Source: Bugula neritina | Lineage: Eukaryota > Animalia > Bryozoa | Reading direction: 5' to 3' | Assembly (NCBI GenBank): GCA_964035545.1 | Contig: OZ037768.1 | Span: 5,550,741-5,614,740 of the forward strand | Length of the DNA: 64,000 bases | Part shown: in pieces, positions 24,928 through 39,600 of the stretch | Numbering within the stretch: the first letter of the stretch is position 1 | How the letters are laid out: each line of letters opens with the position of its first letter | Translations under genes and position numbers: made by a program | The notes under the pieces: model-generated | Told to the model about the DNA's origin: nothing | The model's input: only the letters and a program-made list of their open reading frames with translations | Database searches by the model: none

Positions 24928-27900
24928 ATGGGGTTGGTGTGTTGTTTTCGCATTGCTGTCTTTTTGTATTTTATTTCCTTGACTTCATTTACACGAGCCA
25001 ATTTTTGCGTTCCAACAAAAGGAGTACCTTGTGGTTGTGTATTTGAAAATAAGATGATTTCACTTGACATCGATGGTTTTGCTTCAGTGTAAGTATATTT
25101 AAACGTTCCAATTGTGCACGTGACTAATAACTTTAGGTTTAAGCTAAGTACTCAAAATAAATAAATGACCATGATAATCATTATTCGTAAAATTAAATCA
25201 TTATCATAATGATTTAATTTTACAGGTTCCTGTCGTTTCGTACACAAATCGTTTCGTACACAAACTGCTCTACACAAAATGAATAATGAATTAACCTCAA
25301 ATTTCAAACCCAAATAATGAATAAATATCAATAATATGAATATGTGTACGAAATGACATCCACCCTGATTTACTATAAAGATTTCAATTTTAATTAGAAA
25401 GTGAAACAGATTTGATTTTACTTTTAGATTTTAGTAGCTTTAATTTCTCTATCAATACGTGTAATTGTTTGAGTCTCAGTTTCAGGGTCACTATGGCTAT
25501 CACTATCAGTGTCACTAAAACTCAGACTGATGTAATTATACTTACTATAGCTATCAATATCAATATGAGCATCACCTGTCATCACCATCATTGTGATTAT
25601 CATTATGATTATCGGTTTAATTCTAGATAGACACCCCCAGATAGATGACCATCAATATATTCCACTTAGACGACCCCCAACTGGACTACTTCCATTTAGG
25701 CGACTATTTAAAAACATTGAGAATTGAAAAAGTTAATGATATTCAATACTAAGTTGCATTTATTCTAGTTTTATAGGTTATATTGTAAATTTTTAAACCA
25801 TTATTGTACAGTTTTGAAGTCAAAAAAAGTACTTATAATTCACCATTTAGTAATTAGTTAGACTACTTATATGACAATGACAACAAATTTCTCAGCTAGT
25901 AACTCCTGAAACAGAACATTTTTTAAAAAACATTTCTTGTTGCAAATAAGAATTTCAAAATTTAGAGTAGTCAAATACATTTAAAGGTCATATGCACATA
26001 TATTTGATAGCAATATTTAAGGTCATCTAACTGCAGCATTTCAACTAATAACCTCTGAAACATTTGGTGTCGTCTAACTAGAATTTGGTCACCTAACTGG
26101 GGGTAGTCTGTCTGGAATGACACCTCATTATCATGGTGACAATCCTAAGACACTCACACTCTGTCATAACCATGATGATGCTGATGAAAATGACTAGCAT
26201 GATCAGTATTACCATTGTTATTAACTTATAATTTAAGTTAAACTAATACACATATGATAATCATTTTTGTATAACCATATGAGTATAAATATTAGCATAA
26301 GGGACTTATGAAAATCAAAGTGAATATCAATATACTTTTAAATGTATATCCTATAACTTATATGTATATTAATATTTAATACAAGTACAGCACTCCCTCT
26401 TTATCACACGGACCAATTTATCACGAACTTCCATAGGTCACGGGAAGGGCGTGGACCTGGTTTTTTGTATAGGGACAAAATGGCTGAATTCAATAGATTT
26501 GTAAGCTAAATCTGGTATTCTTTTAAGTCAAAAATTAATGTGTCTGGACCTGCAGCTTAGTGAGATACGGAGAGAGAACACTGTATCGCATTGATTTGCG
26601 GTATTAATATTCAATATGGATAGTTCTTGTGAAAATAGTAAGTAATTATAAAGATTTTTAAAAAAAAAGTTAAAGTAGTTTGTGAATGTTAATATTAAAA
26701 TATAGGACAAACGCTTAAGAAGAAAGAGATTTACTAAAATCATTATAACTATGCCTTCAAATTTCGTTCAAGTTGAAATTAATTTACTGAAAATATATTG
26801 ACTAATACTTCTGTGACAACTGTCAGTGTTACTATTTTCAAAAAGCTACAAATATGTAGAAATACTTATGTTATATATACCCTATGGCTGTTGGTACAAA
26901 TGTTATATATGCTGAGTCGAAATTTTTTTAGTCAAAGTTAAAACACTATTTAGCCATCAAAATGGTCAATATGGTACTTTATTTAGTGCCCATGCAAGCA
27001 AATACATAGGGGAGACTTGTTGAAGAAAAAAAAATTTAGACTCTTCAGTCAATTGTTTGACGTGGAGTATACATTACATAAGACAATTTCTGATGTTGAG
27101 AAAGATTGTTGTATACCATTGGAGACCGACAATTTACTCAACTGGAAATATTTATAGCTTTTAATATTACTCAACTAATTTAATGGGGATGCAGCTATTC
27201 AACGGCTTATAAATGATTTTATATGTGGAGTTGTACTATATTTGAAGACAGTTTTTGTATATATTTATAGCAATCTAAGGGTGCTGAATATTTGTGAAAT
27301 GTTCAGTAATTGTTTTAACAAATTAATTTTAATAACCCTTCAAAGTAAATTTTAAATTCTTAATGCTTCTAGTACATAGTTGTATTTATAATTTAAAGTA
27401 TAAAGTAAAAACTTTAAAAGTAGGTAATTTTATAAAAAATAATATCAGATTAATAGCGTATATACCAGTACATCATTTAATTATAGTTAGAATGTTCATT
27501 TATTTGCTAATGGCAATCAGGTATGCTAATTATAGTTGTAGCAAACATAATTCGTAGTGTTGGAATAATATTTTAAACTGTAATTTTAACTTGATATTCA
27601 TTATTATAAAAGTATAATTAATAGGCTTCAATATGCAATATAATTTCTCCAATTAATTTTTAAGGTTCACAGATAAGGTTGATAAAGATGAGTACTTCTT
27701 TTCTCCTTGTCGCCCTCTTGAGATTAAAGGCCTTGACAATGAGTGCAAAAGCTCAGCAGTAAGTAGATATTAATTTACTGTATTTAATAATGAGAAATTT
27801 GCTTTTTACATATTTGCAAAAATTATCAAGTTTATTAAGTTTAAATTTATTTCAATCTTCTTGTTAATAAATTGAGTATATATTTTTCAAGCATAATATT

Positions 27901-30900
27901 TATTCTAGAGCTGCTACTGTATATAAACATCTAATTTTAGGTTTGCCAAAAAGATAGTGAGGGTATATGGCATAAACTAGGAAGTACCATTTTGACTTTT
28001 GAGGGTACATCATTCAGTGACTTGCAGTTTGTGTATGGGGCACAAAAATCTTCAACAGATGGATTGTATAGGTAGGACTTTCTTTAGACTTGAGTACGAA
28101 TAGTCTTCAGTATATTTAGGATGAGAAACTTTTTTGCTACTTTATTTATATAAAAACCAAGTAAATTAATATTTCAAATACCACTGTATTCATGTTCAGA
28201 GTTAGTAGATGAATACAGTCCGTATTCAAATTATTATTACTATTAGCATTGTATTTATGTCCTCTGAATGCACTCTTTATATTCATGTTATTTTGTTATT
28301 GTTGGTTACTCTGCTCATCACAAACTCTATGATATTGTATTACTGTTATGATACATTTTATTATAAAAGTTGTTACTTTTAGATAAATAAATTACTGCTG
28401 TACATAATATATAGCAGCTTCAAGAGAGTTGCTGCATTCATAATGTTTTAGTGTTTAGGTTTAAAAACTGAAAATTCGTTTTTGAAGGTGATGTCATATC
28501 GTAGTGTTTTGAAATTTTTAAACTTGGCAAAAATAATTAGTAAAGAGGCAATTTTTTGTTTATTTTTTAAATGTTTTACTGGTTAAAAATAATCCATGCT
28601 TCATTTTAATGCAAATTCATATCATCTGAAAATGGAATAAGATGTCTTAGTATGTCCAGTAATATTGCTTACAGCAGAGAAAATTTATAGCCAGGCAAAT
28701 GCAATCATATGTAGATATTTCGTTTATGTTTATACATTTTTTAACTTGAGCCATTATTTATAGGTAACATTTTGTATATTCGATATTTTACATTAAATAT
28801 TGAGGAAAAGGGAGACAACTCATGACATTTTGCTATGTTTTCTTTAAAATAATAGTTAGCATTTTTTCAAAAAGGCATTATTTGCAGTGTGAGTTGATAC
28901 AAAGTTCATCTTGCTAAGCCGTTGTGCATGAACAGGATTGAGAGTAGTTTTAGCAATTTTATTGGTTTATAAGATTTGTATTTTTATTTCTAGGAAGTCT
29001 GTTTTAAAATTGGAATGTGCTCTATCAGATTTTGCACCAGCTTTAGATTTTGTTGAACAAACAGGCAACATATCAGCAAATTCTGAATCCACACCTTTAG
29101 TCTATGTAAGTATCACACCGAGTACTCTCTGTTACTTAGCAGCATGTGTGTGTGTCTTCTATAGTGCACCATACACCTCCTCTCATAATAATACTTTTGG
29201 CCCAGCTTGTATTTTCAACATCCAAGTTGTTTTTATTCCTTTTTTGAAGTCATTTTTATTTTCTTTGATTGCAGTTGCTAAGATCCAAATTTATAAAGTA
29301 TGTAAACTTCTAAAATTCACTTAGGTTATATGACCATGAATCTATATACACAGTTGACAGGTAATTTTGTCACAAATTGCTACCTGATAATTTATACATT
29401 GATTTCTGGAAACCTTATTGTATATTTTAGGAATTCTCATACAAAGGTGATGCTGCGTGTGTGCGGGACCTCACAACAAAGAAAATAAGTGGTGGATCTG
29501 TACTGTTGATAATGTGAGTTGTTGGGGAGAGTTTAGCTACTGTTTGAACCTGTATGTCATGCTAACAGACTGAGAGTATAGCCTATAATAATATATAGGA
29601 CTATGTATTGCAAACATGCAAGTGTTTATGGATAGGCTGTGCAGCATGTTCATGGATTTGTGCATATAACAGCCTCTTTTTCTAGTTAAAATATTATTAA
29701 CTTGTTTGAATTTATTATGAACAATGCTTTCTACCTACAGAAATATATTGGAGCAGCTTTATTGGTAAAACTTCTCAATATTGTGTTACAACAAGCTTTT
29801 GTAGTAACATATAGTAGTTATCTTCTCATGGTAATAGTGGGATTGTTATTTCAGCATTCCTATTAGTCTGTCATCTTATTTTAGCTTTCATTCTCACAAG
29901 CTAACTTTTCTGTTAATGGGAGGGGGGAGTAGAGGCATCGGAGTCTTGATTAATATTGGCTAACTTTTCATTAATAATTTGGAAAATATTCAGTTAGGTA
30001 GTTGTAAAAACAGCATTTTATATCATTATATATGTTCTATTGAGCATAGGAAGCAGTTAGTTATATTTACTGTTCGTAAGTTTTGCTTTATAATAATTTA
30101 TATGAATTTTAGTTACACGTAGTAAGTTTATAAATTATGGAAAAGTGCAGGCTGGAAAATCTAAAGATTAGAATATTAATGCAAAATGTTTGATTTTAAT
30201 TAATCTATAATAAAACATATACATGTAGTCAGTTGAATACTAGTCAGTAAAACTTCCTAATTTTTGATGTCTGCTATTATTATTGACTATTGACTGACTG
30301 GTTTATTTGTAGATTTTTTGTTGGCCTATTTCTGTATTTGGTGATTGGAATTTTAGTAAATAAATGTGTCCGGGGAGCTGTGGGACTTGAAGTTATCCCC
30401 AACTACGAATTCTGGAAAGATCTGCCCTCCCTCACTAAGGTTTATTGCCATTCTATCCCATCTATGTATTATAGCCACTATCTGAAACCCATGACGCAAT
30501 AATTTCATGTTATCAAAGAATTACCCAAATAAGTGGGCTAGTTGTGTGCATTTGATTAGCATTCTTTAACATGTTGTGAGTTAATACTGTATTAGTACAA
30601 TAAAAAAATTTTTTTATTATTTTATAGGATATTTACATATATTTTAGTTTGAAAATTTGTGGCAAAACATCATTAAAACAGTTTAGGGTTGTCTTATAAT
30701 TTATACTAAACTGTAGATTTGTTTAAAGTCTACAAGACACAATTTAGTTTTTTGAGATAATAGTTTTAGCCTAATTTTATTTTTATTTTTTGGAAAAGAG
30801 AAATCACATGTTATATAATTGTGTAGTTCAGGTTCTACTATATTGCATTGCTTATATTACAGACACTAAAGTACTAATCAAGTTGTATTGTCGGGAGTTT

Positions 30901-31116
30901 TTATTGATATATTTAATTTATTAAATTGGTCAGCTTTTGAATGAATAAAGGCTGTTAATTAGTAACTATTATTTCCAGCTTTCTAATAGGTGAGGCTGTA
31001 AGGTTGGTTTAGCAGAGTAATATTGTTTCTTTCTGTTGTAGGAAGGGTTTGCGTTTACCATCACATGTGGATGCTGCAAAGGTGACGAGACTGCCCGTGG
31101 TTATGACAATATCTAG
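24928..31116 (+). CDS. Cation-dependent mannose-6-phosphate receptor / Atg27-like single-MRH type I membrane protein, ~260 aa
   Basis: Seven in-frame exons: 24928-25088, 27665-27758, 27941-28071, 28994-29105, 29431-29513, 30313-30439, 31042-31116. Has a signal peptide, an MRH-like Cys pattern (YFFSPCRP, VCQK, RKSVLKLEC, YEFSYKGDAAC), a TM segment SGGSVLLIIFFVGLFLYLVIGILV, the family motif GAVGLEVIPNYEFWKDLPSLTKEGF, and C-terminal GYDNI. Confidence 0.9.
25223..25367. mobile_element. MITE with TGTCRTTTCGTACACA terminal/subterminal repeats
   Basis: Left end CAGG..TGTCGTTTCGTACACA (repeated) pairs with right end TGTGTACGAAATGACA..CCTG. Confidence 0.7.
25614..26124. mobile_element. MITE (~510 bp) with TAGACGACC-type subterminal repeats
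   Basis: Left GGTTTAATTCTAGATAGACACCCCCAGATAGATGACCA versus reverse-complemented right GGTGTCATTCCAGACAGACTACCCCCAGTTAGGTGACCA. Several internal repeat units occur at both ends. Confidence 0.7.
26388..26583. mobile_element. Tc1/mariner (pogo/Tigger-like) MITE
   Basis: TA|CAGCACTCCCTCTTTATCACAC ... GTGAGATACGGAGAGAGAACACTG|TA: TA duplication and degenerate CAG...CTG TIRs. Confidence 0.65.
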
Positions 31117-33692
31117 TTGGTTTTCTGGCCTTTCTCATGCTGTTACCATTTTGCTCATTTACTCTTCCAACTTCCAGGACGGAGTTATATTTTGTCATAA
31201 TAGTTTTTTCTAAGATCATATATAGCCTAGGGTAATTAGCATTGTAGTGTGATGTGTTTAGTACTTGTAGGTTTCCTGAACGAATTTTCAACTTTTTCAC
31301 CTACCATATAATTTTGCTCATGTTAAACCATGTACTTACAAAACAGCTGAAATATGAAATGCTTGTTTTCTTAGTAGGATTCTCACCATTGATCTGATAT
31401 TTTAAGCATCTTATTTTATTCTTAACTTTTCTATTCTACCTACAATCAATTGTTTCTGTGTTCTAATTTTATTCATGCACTGCTTATTGTATATTAATTT
31501 TAAGGTGTATAAGTTTTTCTTTTATCTTAGTAAAGTGTAAATAGATCGGTAAATAAATTGATCAAAAGGTAGTTTCATCAATGGTATTGTTTCACATTTG
31601 CATGTAATATTGAATGATATTTAAAACAAAGTTTTATATGCTTACTAGGGAAATTAGCTCACTTTCTATAATATTGAAAATATTCAATGGCACACAACTT
31701 CAAATTTTACTGTAATCTGCATGAAATGAGTTTCAATTTTGGTTAGCTGAACTAAAAAATGACCATTGTATACACAGCCACTTGAGCAATCTGTTTATTA
31801 GTTCAACTATGTTGCAAAAATATATATTCTAACATATTCAATGGTCATGCAACTAGCTTTGAGCTTTATACTTAATTGTATACACATTTATGTTTTTAAG
31901 AATTGAAGCTGTTATACTTTTAAAGCTGCACTCCTTTCCACCTTTTGAAGTCTGTCTTACCTAAATGATGCCAGCTATTAATTTTGTAACAAAAGCTTAT
32001 GTGCTCTATAAGCAAATAGGTTATGCCTCCATCTAGAATATTGGCAGATTGAAACAAAATTTAAAAACTGCGAGCTATAAATTAAGCCTGTGTGATAACT
32101 AAAACCGAAATTATGGAGTTTTCAATGGTAAAGATTGTTTTTAAAATAAAGAATATATAAAGCTGCAGCAACTACCTGTATTCAAATATATGAAGTAAAT
32201 AACAAATTTAATAAACTTCAATGTTTGCAGTTTAATAGGTAAATAATATTACATGTAATTAATCTATAATTCTAAAATTAGTTTTATTCAATAATTGTCA
32301 TTGTAAAAAGCACTAACAATTGATTAATTCATCTTAAATTGACACTAGAGTTAAGTATAACTTTATTAAAAATCAATTTATTCTTAGCACCAACAACTCT
32401 CCACTTTGAATCCTTAAATTTAAACAAAATATATATCTTAAAGTAGGCTACTTAGAATGTATGTATTTGGTTTAATTTTGTGCATATTAAGTGTACAAAT
32501 TAATGAGCAAACCTTTTTCATTTTTAGTCTCATTATTTCGGCTTTATTTAGTGCTAAAACTATATAAAAGCTTACCACTTGTTGATAAACATTGCAAATA
32601 CATAATAAATATTGTTCAAATTCTGCATACTACCTTGTACACTGTACAGTTTTGACCAAATATACTATATTGTAAGATTTGAGAGTTATCATCTTAATGT
32701 CAACTGTAATAGAAGATAACCTTGAAACTAATGTACCACGTAGATGCCGTAATTATAAATAGTATGTATTATTAGTAGTTGTCTGTTGGAGATTTTATAG
32801 GCCACGTGATACCTTGCCCAATCAAACAGCTCACACAACTGGTACATTTTTAATTGTCAAATAACACAGGTGCTTCCATAGGTTACGAGTCTACTACTAG
32901 TACTAGTGAGTCACTACTCACGGCAAATACGTTTTAATATTTGGTTGCTGTCTAGGTTTTTTACGTCGGATTTTATCTTGAAAACAGCTCACTATATCTA
33001 TTCCTACTCGCGACACAGGTAACAGTCACAATGCTGGGTAATTAGTATCTGTAAGTGTATTACTATTACTATTAGTAACTACTCAGTAAACTAGTATCAC
33101 TATCTGTATTCAACAATTCTTCAGTATTCATAAAATTAAATCAGATTCGGTTATGCTTCAACTTGTAACTTAGACTTGTAAGTTACACTTTGACTTTTAT
33201 TTTAGTACTACTAAAGCTAATATCAAGTCTAATACAACATTCACATTGGATATCAACTTCGACAACGACCAAGTGAAAACAAAGTTCAAGTGAGGTGGAT
33301 AATCTGTAATCATTATCTAATTCTATCTGAGACTGAATCTCTTTCAAGATATCTGGCTCTGCCACCGCTACTAGTAGTAAACGTAGTAGTGTTCAACTCT
33401 TGAGACTCTCAAAGTGAAAGTAAGATTCTGAAGCTAAAGGGACTACTCAGTTAGTGTTACTTCAGTACAGACAATGCGAGTGTAAATTTCATTACTGCTA
33501 AAAATAATATGGCTATTTCACTTTGCCTGCACTTAGTCTTATGGCTTGGTTCTAGTATAAACAACCACCGTAGACTTGAGATTTTAGTTGGATATAGCCC
33601 TGTGAGCGTGTAAAGAAAAGGTGAATGAGAATCAACAGACACTCGCTAATTCTGGGGACTTCATTTAATACTAATTGTTTTTTAACCTGTAA

Positions 33693-36600
33693 ATGATGGA
33701 GTTGAGGGCAGCTATATTCCATCTACTATCGGCCACATTACTCCTAAATCTACCAATAGTCAACTCGCAAGTTTTAAGTTGTCCAACGTCAGATCAAGGA
33801 GTAACCGACTGCTCAAGAAAAGGATTAACTTATGTACCCCGAGATTTACCATCCAGTACTAAACACCTGTAAGTTGTACTAAAATTAAATTATATTGATT
33901 TTCATTATTGTTGTTTCTTATACTCGTACTGATGCAGCAGGTATAAGCTTTTAGTTTTAATGTTTATAAATTTGCTTCAGAAAAACTGAAAGAATCAGTA
34001 AAATTATCAACTATCAAGCATTCTCCACTGTCTACATTGGTGTTTACTGCTCAGTGTTTAGGTGTTCTCTTTTTTATTCAATATCAATTATTAATTATTC
34101 TCGTATCGAATGCTTGCAATGATAGTACTTGTAATTATACCTGTAAAAAATACCTAGTTCTATGGCTGTGAGTTTGTTTGACTTCAACTTTTTTTATGTA
34201 CTTTCCATCACTATGACTATTACAAAGTGAATATTCCACTGCTATTATGATTATCAAATCACTAGTATTTGAGATTAATTTAGTTGGGGTGTACAAATGC
34301 TGTGCTATAAATTGACGAGGTCTGGATGTATGTGAATGTGCCAAAAGCTTATATGTAGTTGTCAATGTCAGCATGTTCAATCAACCCTTAAACCCAGAGA
34401 CTCAAATTGAAGTTTAATATAAGAAATACCTGGCAGATTCATGTCCATGGAATGGTTATAATTATACTATCTTATCAATATACACTGTGAACAGTTGTTT
34501 ACTGTGATTGTATAGCTCACGTTTTTTATTTACGTGAATATATACAAGTTTCAGCTCAGTAAAAAATAGAACATTTGATGATTCAGTGCCCATTTGTTCT
34601 AAGATTTATGGCCTTTTGTTTCATATTCAGTTTTGCTACATGCCTAATATGAGCTAACAAAAATGCTAGTTTGTACTCAATACATTTTTTAATTGATGGT
34701 TTTTTCCTAATTTTGGTTCCTTTGGGTTTCTTCATATTTAGCTTGGTCACTGAAAAAACTTGCTGCTAATATGGAAAAACAGATAGTCTTTTAAGTGAAA
34801 GCATTTCCCTTTTGTTAGAGTTTATAATAGCCATAGAAATCCCAAACAACACTGGAAGTGAATGAGCTAGCCCTCAGTGTAAACATAGCTGACAAAAACC
34901 ATCTCTTATAAAGACAATTATTTATGCTATAGGAGTGTTTCTTTTCTATTTGGTACTAAAATGGAAAATGAACCCCCAACTGGAATGGTGCAGAACTTTG
35001 CTTATTTCTTAAACCAAAGAAACATGCTCGGTACTTCAAATAACTTCTCATCTAGTGTAGGCCGTCACGAGAATGTTTATTTGTCTGTCAGATCTCGCTA
35101 TTTATCTGTCATGTTTCTGTATTGCAGCCATTGTTCATTATAGACCTAAAAGGTGGTGTTACATTGCATAAAAAAGTTGAGCATTCCTTACTCAACTCTC
35201 ATGTGCAAAGTTATATAAGGTTATTATGATTACCAGTAAAAGGAGATGTCAATGCACCAGTAAATGGATACCCATGTTCAGTTTCTAGTTTGCATTATTA
35301 TCAATGCTTCTATATGATACTGTATGTTATAAGCCTGAGGTCTAACCTTGCTTCTGTAAGGTTCACTTCAGTTCACCAATTTGCTAAATTCGTTATTCCA
35401 GTCTAACCAGATGGCACTTCCTCCTTTTTAATTGAAATTAGAAGATTTGTAAAGCAAGTAAATTTGTATTCCAGATGCTTTGTTGAGCTTCTTTATAGTT
35501 CATGGAGAAAAAGGTATATAAGTTGATAGCATCTGTGTATGCTATCAACTTTTTATTTTCTTTAGCAAAACTGACTGAGTTGTGTTTTACCAAAAATAGA
35601 ATAATACTCCTTGTTAGATGGACTGATTCATTCATTATTCTGATAGTAAATAGATAGTAACTTCATCCATAATGATATTTTATAGTTTATCAAAATCATA
35701 TAAACAATTTGGATTATATATTTTCAGTGATATAAACTAATAAATAGATTATTGCAGGCATCAAAGATGCTCTAGAATACTTTTTACTCAGCTAAAGTTT
35801 GGCGCAGATGAGTTTACACTTTAGTTATATAAATTTAGTTAGCAGTAATGCACTGCCATAGTTATAGGAAACTGTATGCTACTTTGCTGTACAGTAACAG
35901 TGGAGTTTAGGAAACATATTTATCACATTTGACTGCTGGTTGCCATGGCTGGCTGCTTCACTGTGATTTATTACTACTCTGTTGGGTGTTAGTGGGGTGG
36001 ACTCTGGACCCCTCAATCTGTATTCAGACTACATCTACACTCTTGGGGCTAATAATTTCAGTTTGTAGAAAGACCAACTAAGTAAAAGCAAGCTAAAATA
36101 TGTATTACAACTTGCCTTCGATTATGGCTGAACATAACTTGCACATGAAATAATACAAAGTATGGTCTGCAATGGCCGACATATGCATTCACGGCCTTTT
36201 TTGACTATAATATACATGCACTATGGTTGATGTTTTCAAGCTGCTGGTGTATTTACTCTGCAGTCTCGTGTACATAGTATTCAGTAACCTTTTAACATTA
36301 CTAACAATTGAAAGAATGCTTTGGGCACTTTCATTACTTGCACAGTGAATCGACTCACAAACTAGCATAGTATTTCTGTTTACACACAGCTCGTTGAATA
36401 GAAACAAGCAGTCACTTGACTACTGCTTAATCCAACACACTTGAGCTACATTTAACACCACCGACTCTCTCTACTCATTAAGCCATACAATTATCAAACA
36501 TTCACTTGCATTAACCCCACCAAATGTTGGACTTGACACCTTGTCTATACAAAAAAAATCTACTGCTTTTTTCAAACTGTAAAGCAAATAAATACTTAGA

Positions 36601-39600
36601 ATACCAGTAGGCTAACCCTTAGCGTACTTGCATTTTGTATCGCCTAGTTTGAAAATCACTTTTAAACTTCAGGGAACTGAAATTCAACCTTAGTTACTAA
36701 AATGGAGCTGTAACCAGTAAAAACTATGTAACACACTCTTGAACTGGACATCAAAGTGATTTCTGAATATACTCAATGGCTACAAAATTGCTCATCATGC
36801 AACTGCATTGTTATACTCGTGTATAAAACTACGTTGGCAAGGCTTGCTTTGCAGTTGTGTGATCATCTTTGATATTAATACTTGACAGTTGAGGCTAGTA
36901 ATACGATTCGTTTATCATTACAACGACAACGCATTTTATGATGTGGTTTTCACCTAGTGTGAAATGTGGTTTTTACATTGAAAAGATACCATCGCGTGTT
37001 AAATTTGATAATTGACTTAGCTGCAGTGGGAGCCACCTGATCGGGCAGTTGTGTCAATATAGAGGATATTTTCCTACGGCTCCCTTTACTAACACGTCTG
37101 CCCAGAATATGCTTTCTAATTATGAATTCTGCATAAAATTTGCTCCTCGTTTTGTTGAATTTAGAGCACTACTACTAGTGTACTTTGTCTTCTAGCATTT
37201 GAGTTCCATGCTATTGGACAGCAGAATAATTATTACATTTGAATTTCTGGAGAACAGTAACCGATTTGAGATAATTTAGTGGCCCGTTCAGAACTGCTGT
37301 TACAAAGCAGAATATTATATTGCATAATGGAGAGAAACAAAAACCCTTACATAAAGTTGTTTGGACTAATAAATCTATTATTCATTACAAGATGATTTGA
37401 AGTTGATAGGCCCAGCTGGTTAGAACTCAGTAATATGTTATAATAATGGGGCAGTATAGAGCACAACACCTGTGGATAATTGAATAAGTTCCTATCAAAT
37501 TCCAATATAGCTAGCTATTCATTGATTCACTGATCATTCCACTAGCTTACTGACTCACCCTTCTCTATTATAATATAATATTTGTGTCATCTTCTGTCAA
37601 ATATGTGAAAAATTAAAAAACATTTATGAACATTGTTTTAGGTTTAGTATGTTATTAAAATGACTAATCACAAGCTGTTGATTTAAACTATATCTGTTAG
37701 ATGACACAATATCCTCACTAAACAGATGTGTGTGCGTTCAGTATATTCCAGCTGTGACTAATATAAACTATTTATTCCAGACGACTTGAAGGTAACATGA
37801 TTGAAGTGATAGAAGCTGCAGATTTTCCTATAGTAATGGCCCAGCTGGAAGAGTTGTAAGTAGCCCTATTTTCTGGTGTATGAGACAGGAGTTAAACTAA
37901 CCTCTCCCCAAACTAAACTCCCCAGTTAGTTCACCTCTGCTATCCTTGCTAATGATTACTTAATATTGTTCATGTGTTACTCGAAATTATCTTGTGCGTG
38001 TTCAGAGTGACTTTACTAAATATCTTGTCATCTCGAAGATTTAACTGATAGAGTTGCTGGCCTTCACTAGCAGTCAACAAGCAAATTCCCTTATCAGTAA
38101 ACATGGGAGCATTAGCTTGTATTGTAATGTATCTAGTTGTCCACAAATCCCTTTTGTACGAGTGAACAAAGAAAGAGCTTGTAGTGCGGGCTGAATCATG
38201 ACTGCAATAAAGATAAGACTGGGGATATATTTTGTAGTGAAGATGGGAAATCAATTGAAACTAGCAAATTTGTCAAGTGTTCTACTGATAGCCAATACAT
38301 TGCAACACCTGTAACCACACCTTTCCTCTCATCCCCCTCTCTCTCTCAATCACCCTCACCAAATTTAAATATCAACCTGTGAAATTAATCCACATAGTTT
38401 ATTCAAACATTTTAATTAAGCTGGTTGAAAGTGAATGGAGTGATAAATCAAATTACTAACTCATTCCATTAGACTGGTTTAGGCACCACAGCTGCGCTGT
38501 CTGCCTTTCAAACAGTAAATCAATCAATTGAAAACCATTCATTTATCTTAGCACATTCCCTTCATGAATAACTCAAGTAAAATTATTTTTACATTGCTGT
38601 TCGCACCTGTGTTAACATAAACTTTGGGATAGCGAATGTCATCAAATTCTGTTTTAATTAACAAGATCGGGATGTGTACATGACAGAGCTGGCTGTAGTT
38701 GTATGGATATGTAAAGCTGCCAAGCTAAGGCAGCATTGATGAACATGTAGTGCCCTTTCCATATTGACAACATGAAGATGTACACTTTACTTCAATACAC
38801 ACCGTCATGTATACATTATATATGTTATAATTCTCTATTATAGAACTCTGAGTGAAAACCTTCTACACAACATAGACACATCTACATTCTGCCATAAGTT
38901 ACCTAAACTAAAGATTCTGTAAGTATTATTGTAGACTGTAGAGTATAGATTATAGAATACAGTGTCTTTGTTAGCCATGTTTGGTTTTAATTTACCTGTT
39001 TCCAAGTCTACTTGTGTTACAGGAATAAGTTCTCATTATTCTAATTGGACTGTTTTTATGGGTTTGACTTGTACAGTTAAATGCAAGTTTGCTTCGTGCA
39101 AACATGTATATTAACTATTTTCACTCTTATTTGCTGCTTTTACAAAACAATAAAACACTTTTTCTAATGTTTGATATGTTTTGTGTTTAGGCGTCTCAAC
39201 AGGAACAAGCTGCAAACCCTGCCAGATCTTACATTCTGCAAATCTCTTGTAGAAATACACAGGTATCTATTTTCTGCTATGATTTCTCTGAATAATATAA
39301 GACCTCCAAAGACAGCCCACCATCTGAAATACTTATAAATTACTTCATATTTACTATTTCAAGTATTTGTGATGCTATCTTCTTGTGGAAAGCAAACATC
39401 ACTTATTGAATAGTAACACAATATTTCATGATTTCATAAATGGACTCGCTGCTGAGAATTCCTGTCAGGTTAGATTCACAGGTGCCAGGTGGGAATATTA
39501 ATTAAGTTCCACCAGATAGTTTGGTATTTTATTTGGTGTCTAACATAACATTTGATTGTTTATTTATCTCCAGTTCTAGTAATGAAATAGTAAGACTGGA

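Noticed and set aside
35945-36082. ATG followed by a signal-peptide-like stretch (MAGCFTVILLLLCWVLVGW) in LRIG intron 1
   Set aside because: Ends in a stop with no LRRNT and no convincing in-phase donor. The exon at 33693 fits LRIG far better.
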